Assembly: GCA_964609295.1 (NCBI GenBank)
Contig: CAZSQT010000014.1
Location: 1 to 46,246, forward strand
Length of the DNA: 46,246 nucleotides
DNA from: an uncultured Gammaproteobacteria bacterium
GTDB lineage: Bacteria; Patescibacteriota; Microgenomatia; UBA12405
Direction of reading: 5' to 3'
Every line of letters begins with the position of its first letter. The first letter of the stretch is position 1. A program made the translations under genes and the position numbers. The notes under the pieces are model-generated. The model saw only the letters and a list, made by a program, of their open reading frames with translations, had not been told where the DNA came from and did no database searches. This document shows, in pieces, positions 45,105 through 46,246 of this stretch.

Positions 45105-45725
45105 TTATTTCTCAGCTTCACAATAAAAACTTAATTCTTTGTGTGAACTTAAATCTAATTTGTCCAAATTCGGCACCCTCCCTTTACCTATAGAACAAAT
45201 TTTTATATTTTTAAAACCACACTCTTTCAATAATTCCCTAAATGTTTTTTTGTTATACATCCACTTATGATCTCTTATAAAATATCTCGATAACTTTGTT
45301 AAAAAACTTTTTGGCTCTTTATCTTTATCAAAACCCCACCAAATTCTACAAAACTCATCTGCTCCCATTTCTTTATATTTTCCAATTAATTTATCAATAT
45401 CAGGCAAAACAATCCGTATTACTCCTCCTTTTTTTAAAACTCTTTTTGATTCCATTAAAATATTTTTTGCTTCCCATCTCTCAAAATGCTCCAAAACATG
45501 TGAACAATAAATATAATTTATAATGCTATCATCAACCGGCAATCTTTTTCTTATATCGACCAATTCAAATTTGGGCCATTTGGTCAAATATGATTTATCG
45601 ATAAGACCTAATTTAACAGCAAATTTTAATAAATTAAATTTATTTAAAAAAGGTAAAAGACCCCAATCATAATTAATCCAACCATTTATTCCACTTGGTC
45701 CACATCCTAGGTTTATTTTTTTCAT
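45105..45725 (-). CDS. Class I SAM-dependent methyltransferase (Methyltransf_11-like)
   Basis: 206 aa. Motifs: MKKINLGCGPSGINGW (motif I), YIYCSHVLEHFERWEAKNILMESKRVLKKGGVIRIVLPD. Confidence 0.75.
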   Translation of the reverse strand: MKKINLGCGPSGINGWINYDWGLLPFLNKFNLLKFAVKLGLIDKSYLTKWPKFELVDIRKRLPVDDSIINYIYCSHVLEHFERWEAKNILMESKRVLKKGGVIRIVLPDIDKLIGKYKEMGADEFCRIWWGFDKDKEPKSFLTKLSRYFIRDHKWMYNKKTFRELLKECGFKNIKICSIGKGRVPNLDKLDLSSHKELSFYCEAEK

Positions 45726-45733
45726 ATATAGGT

Positions 45734-45739
45734 TACAAT
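45734..45739 (+). promoter_or_regulatory. -10-like hexamer TACAAT, 6 nt upstream of ATG 45746
   Basis: The 20-bp divergent gap 45726-45745 reads atataggtTACAATaagttaATG. Confidence 0.35.
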
Positions 45740-45745
45740 AAGTTA

Positions 45746-46246
45746 ATGAAAAAACTTTTAATTATAGCTAATAATAACATTGGTCAAGGTCAAAGTGGTG
45801 GAGATACCATTTTTTTGAATTTTATAAAATACTGGCAAAAAGATTTAAATATTACCGTCTTGGGTAGTCAAGAGACCAAAGATTTACTCAAAAGATATCA
45901 ACTGCAAAAAATTAAATTTATCAAAACTGATGACGAAACCAATCTTCCCTTACTCTTTCATCAAATCAGAAGAATTATTAAAGGTATTAAAAGCATCTAC
46001 AAACTACGAACTAAACACTATGATCTAATTTATACTGTTTCTGATTTTTATCCTGACTTAATCCCTGGACTCATCTACAAAGCTTACAAACACCAGAGTA
46101 AATTAATTTGTGGTTATTATCTTTTTGCCCCAAATCCTTTTGACTCCCAATCTCCATATATTCAAACCGATCAATTTTTTAAAGGTCTCTTTTATTACCT
46201 TTCTCAATTACCAAGCCGTTTGGCTGTCAATTTGTGGGCTGATATA
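45746..46246 (+). CDS. Probable GT4/GT-B glycosyltransferase, 5' part only (runs off the window); not in the supplied ORF track
   Basis: ATG at 45746, with the frame open for 167 codons to the window end. Translation MKKLLIIANNNIGQGQSGGDTIFLNFIKYWQKD...DLIYTVSDFYPDLIP resembles a GT-B N-terminal Rossmann domain. Confidence 0.5.
   Translation, partial: MKKLLIIANNNIGQGQSGGDTIFLNFIKYWQKDLNITVLGSQETKDLLKRYQLQKIKFIKTDDETNLPLLFHQIRRIIKGIKSIYKLRTKHYDLIYTVSDFYPDLIPGLIYKAYKHQSKLICGYYLFAPNPFDSQSPYIQTDQFFKGLFYYLSQLPSRLAVNLWADI

Noticed and set aside
1529-45523. Other short nested or antisense track ORFs: 1529-1720, 3449-3655, 5894-6076, 9436-9618, 9916-10110, 10489-10755, 13399-13587, 14237-14437, 15354-15545, 15591-15845, 15968-16156, 17823-18005, 21198-21401, 28337-28564, 33983-34192, 34058-34273, 35719-35919, 37695-37964, 38005-38310, 45296-45523
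   Set aside because: Each is embedded in a much longer ORF with clear family motifs. They are 60-101 aa, compositionally biased and show no recognisable domain. I treated them as non-coding frames.
1-46246. Alternative genetic code (UGA recoding, as in some candidate phyla)
   Set aside because: TGA functions as a stop at several coupled junctions, for example 1839-1841, 6978-6980, 16990-16992, 30299-30301 and 38159-38161. All long ORFs are uninterrupted under the standard bacterial code.
1-46246. CRISPR arrays, tRNA/rRNA genes, transposases, integrases, prophage or DGR components
   Set aside because: No regularly spaced direct repeats are present, and no gap is long enough to hold an RNA gene (the longest is 94 nt). 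No translated ORF has transposase, integrase or reverse-transcriptase motifs. The paralog arrays are diverged genes, not IS copies.
1-46246. STT3/PglB-type or PglL-type oligosaccharyltransferase among the polytopic proteins
   Set aside because: No WWDYG-type motif and no other recognisable OST signature appear in any translation. This cannot be fully excluded without profile searches, so it is not called.

Overview
This is an AT-rich, extremely gene-dense bacterial window. It holds 40 CDS, two of them cut by the window edges, and only about 220 nt are not covered by CDS. A partial M23 peptidase and a sortase-signal surface protein sit at the left edge. From nt 1113 to the right edge the window is essentially one giant glycosylation locus.

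Gene content of the locus:
- 11 GT2 and 4 GT4 cytoplasmic glycosyltransferases. Three of the GT2s look like DPM1/GtrB-type polyprenyl-phosphate-sugar synthases.
- 16 confident (18 possible) polytopic GT-C-type membrane glycosyltransferases in several paralog families: family A (PMT_2-like, GYNAYS motif) x6, family C (GP..GPxYYY / FEIKH motifs) x4, family D (ArnT-like) x2, family B (PTPS-related) x2, YfhO x1, and DUF2029/GT87-like x1.
- One Wzx/MOP flippase, one cobalamin-type radical SAM enzyme, one SAM methyltransferase and a few small or unknown membrane proteins.

Organisation: genes lie in alternating-strand blocks with start/stop overlaps (ATGA and similar). Most starts lack a Shine-Dalgarno sequence. 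Block-leading genes carry -10-like hexamers 6-7 nt upstream of the start codon, which suggests leaderless transcripts.

Not seen: priming phosphoglycosyltransferase, Wzy/Wzz, ABC exporter, LCP ligase, STT3/PglB/PglL, nucleotide-sugar synthesis genes, rRNA/tRNA, CRISPR, transposase or phage genes. TGA is used as a stop, so the standard bacterial code applies.

Composition, compaction and gene content resemble a Candidate Phyla Radiation/Patescibacteria-type genome, but that is inference only. All functional calls come from motifs read in the translations. No database search was possible.
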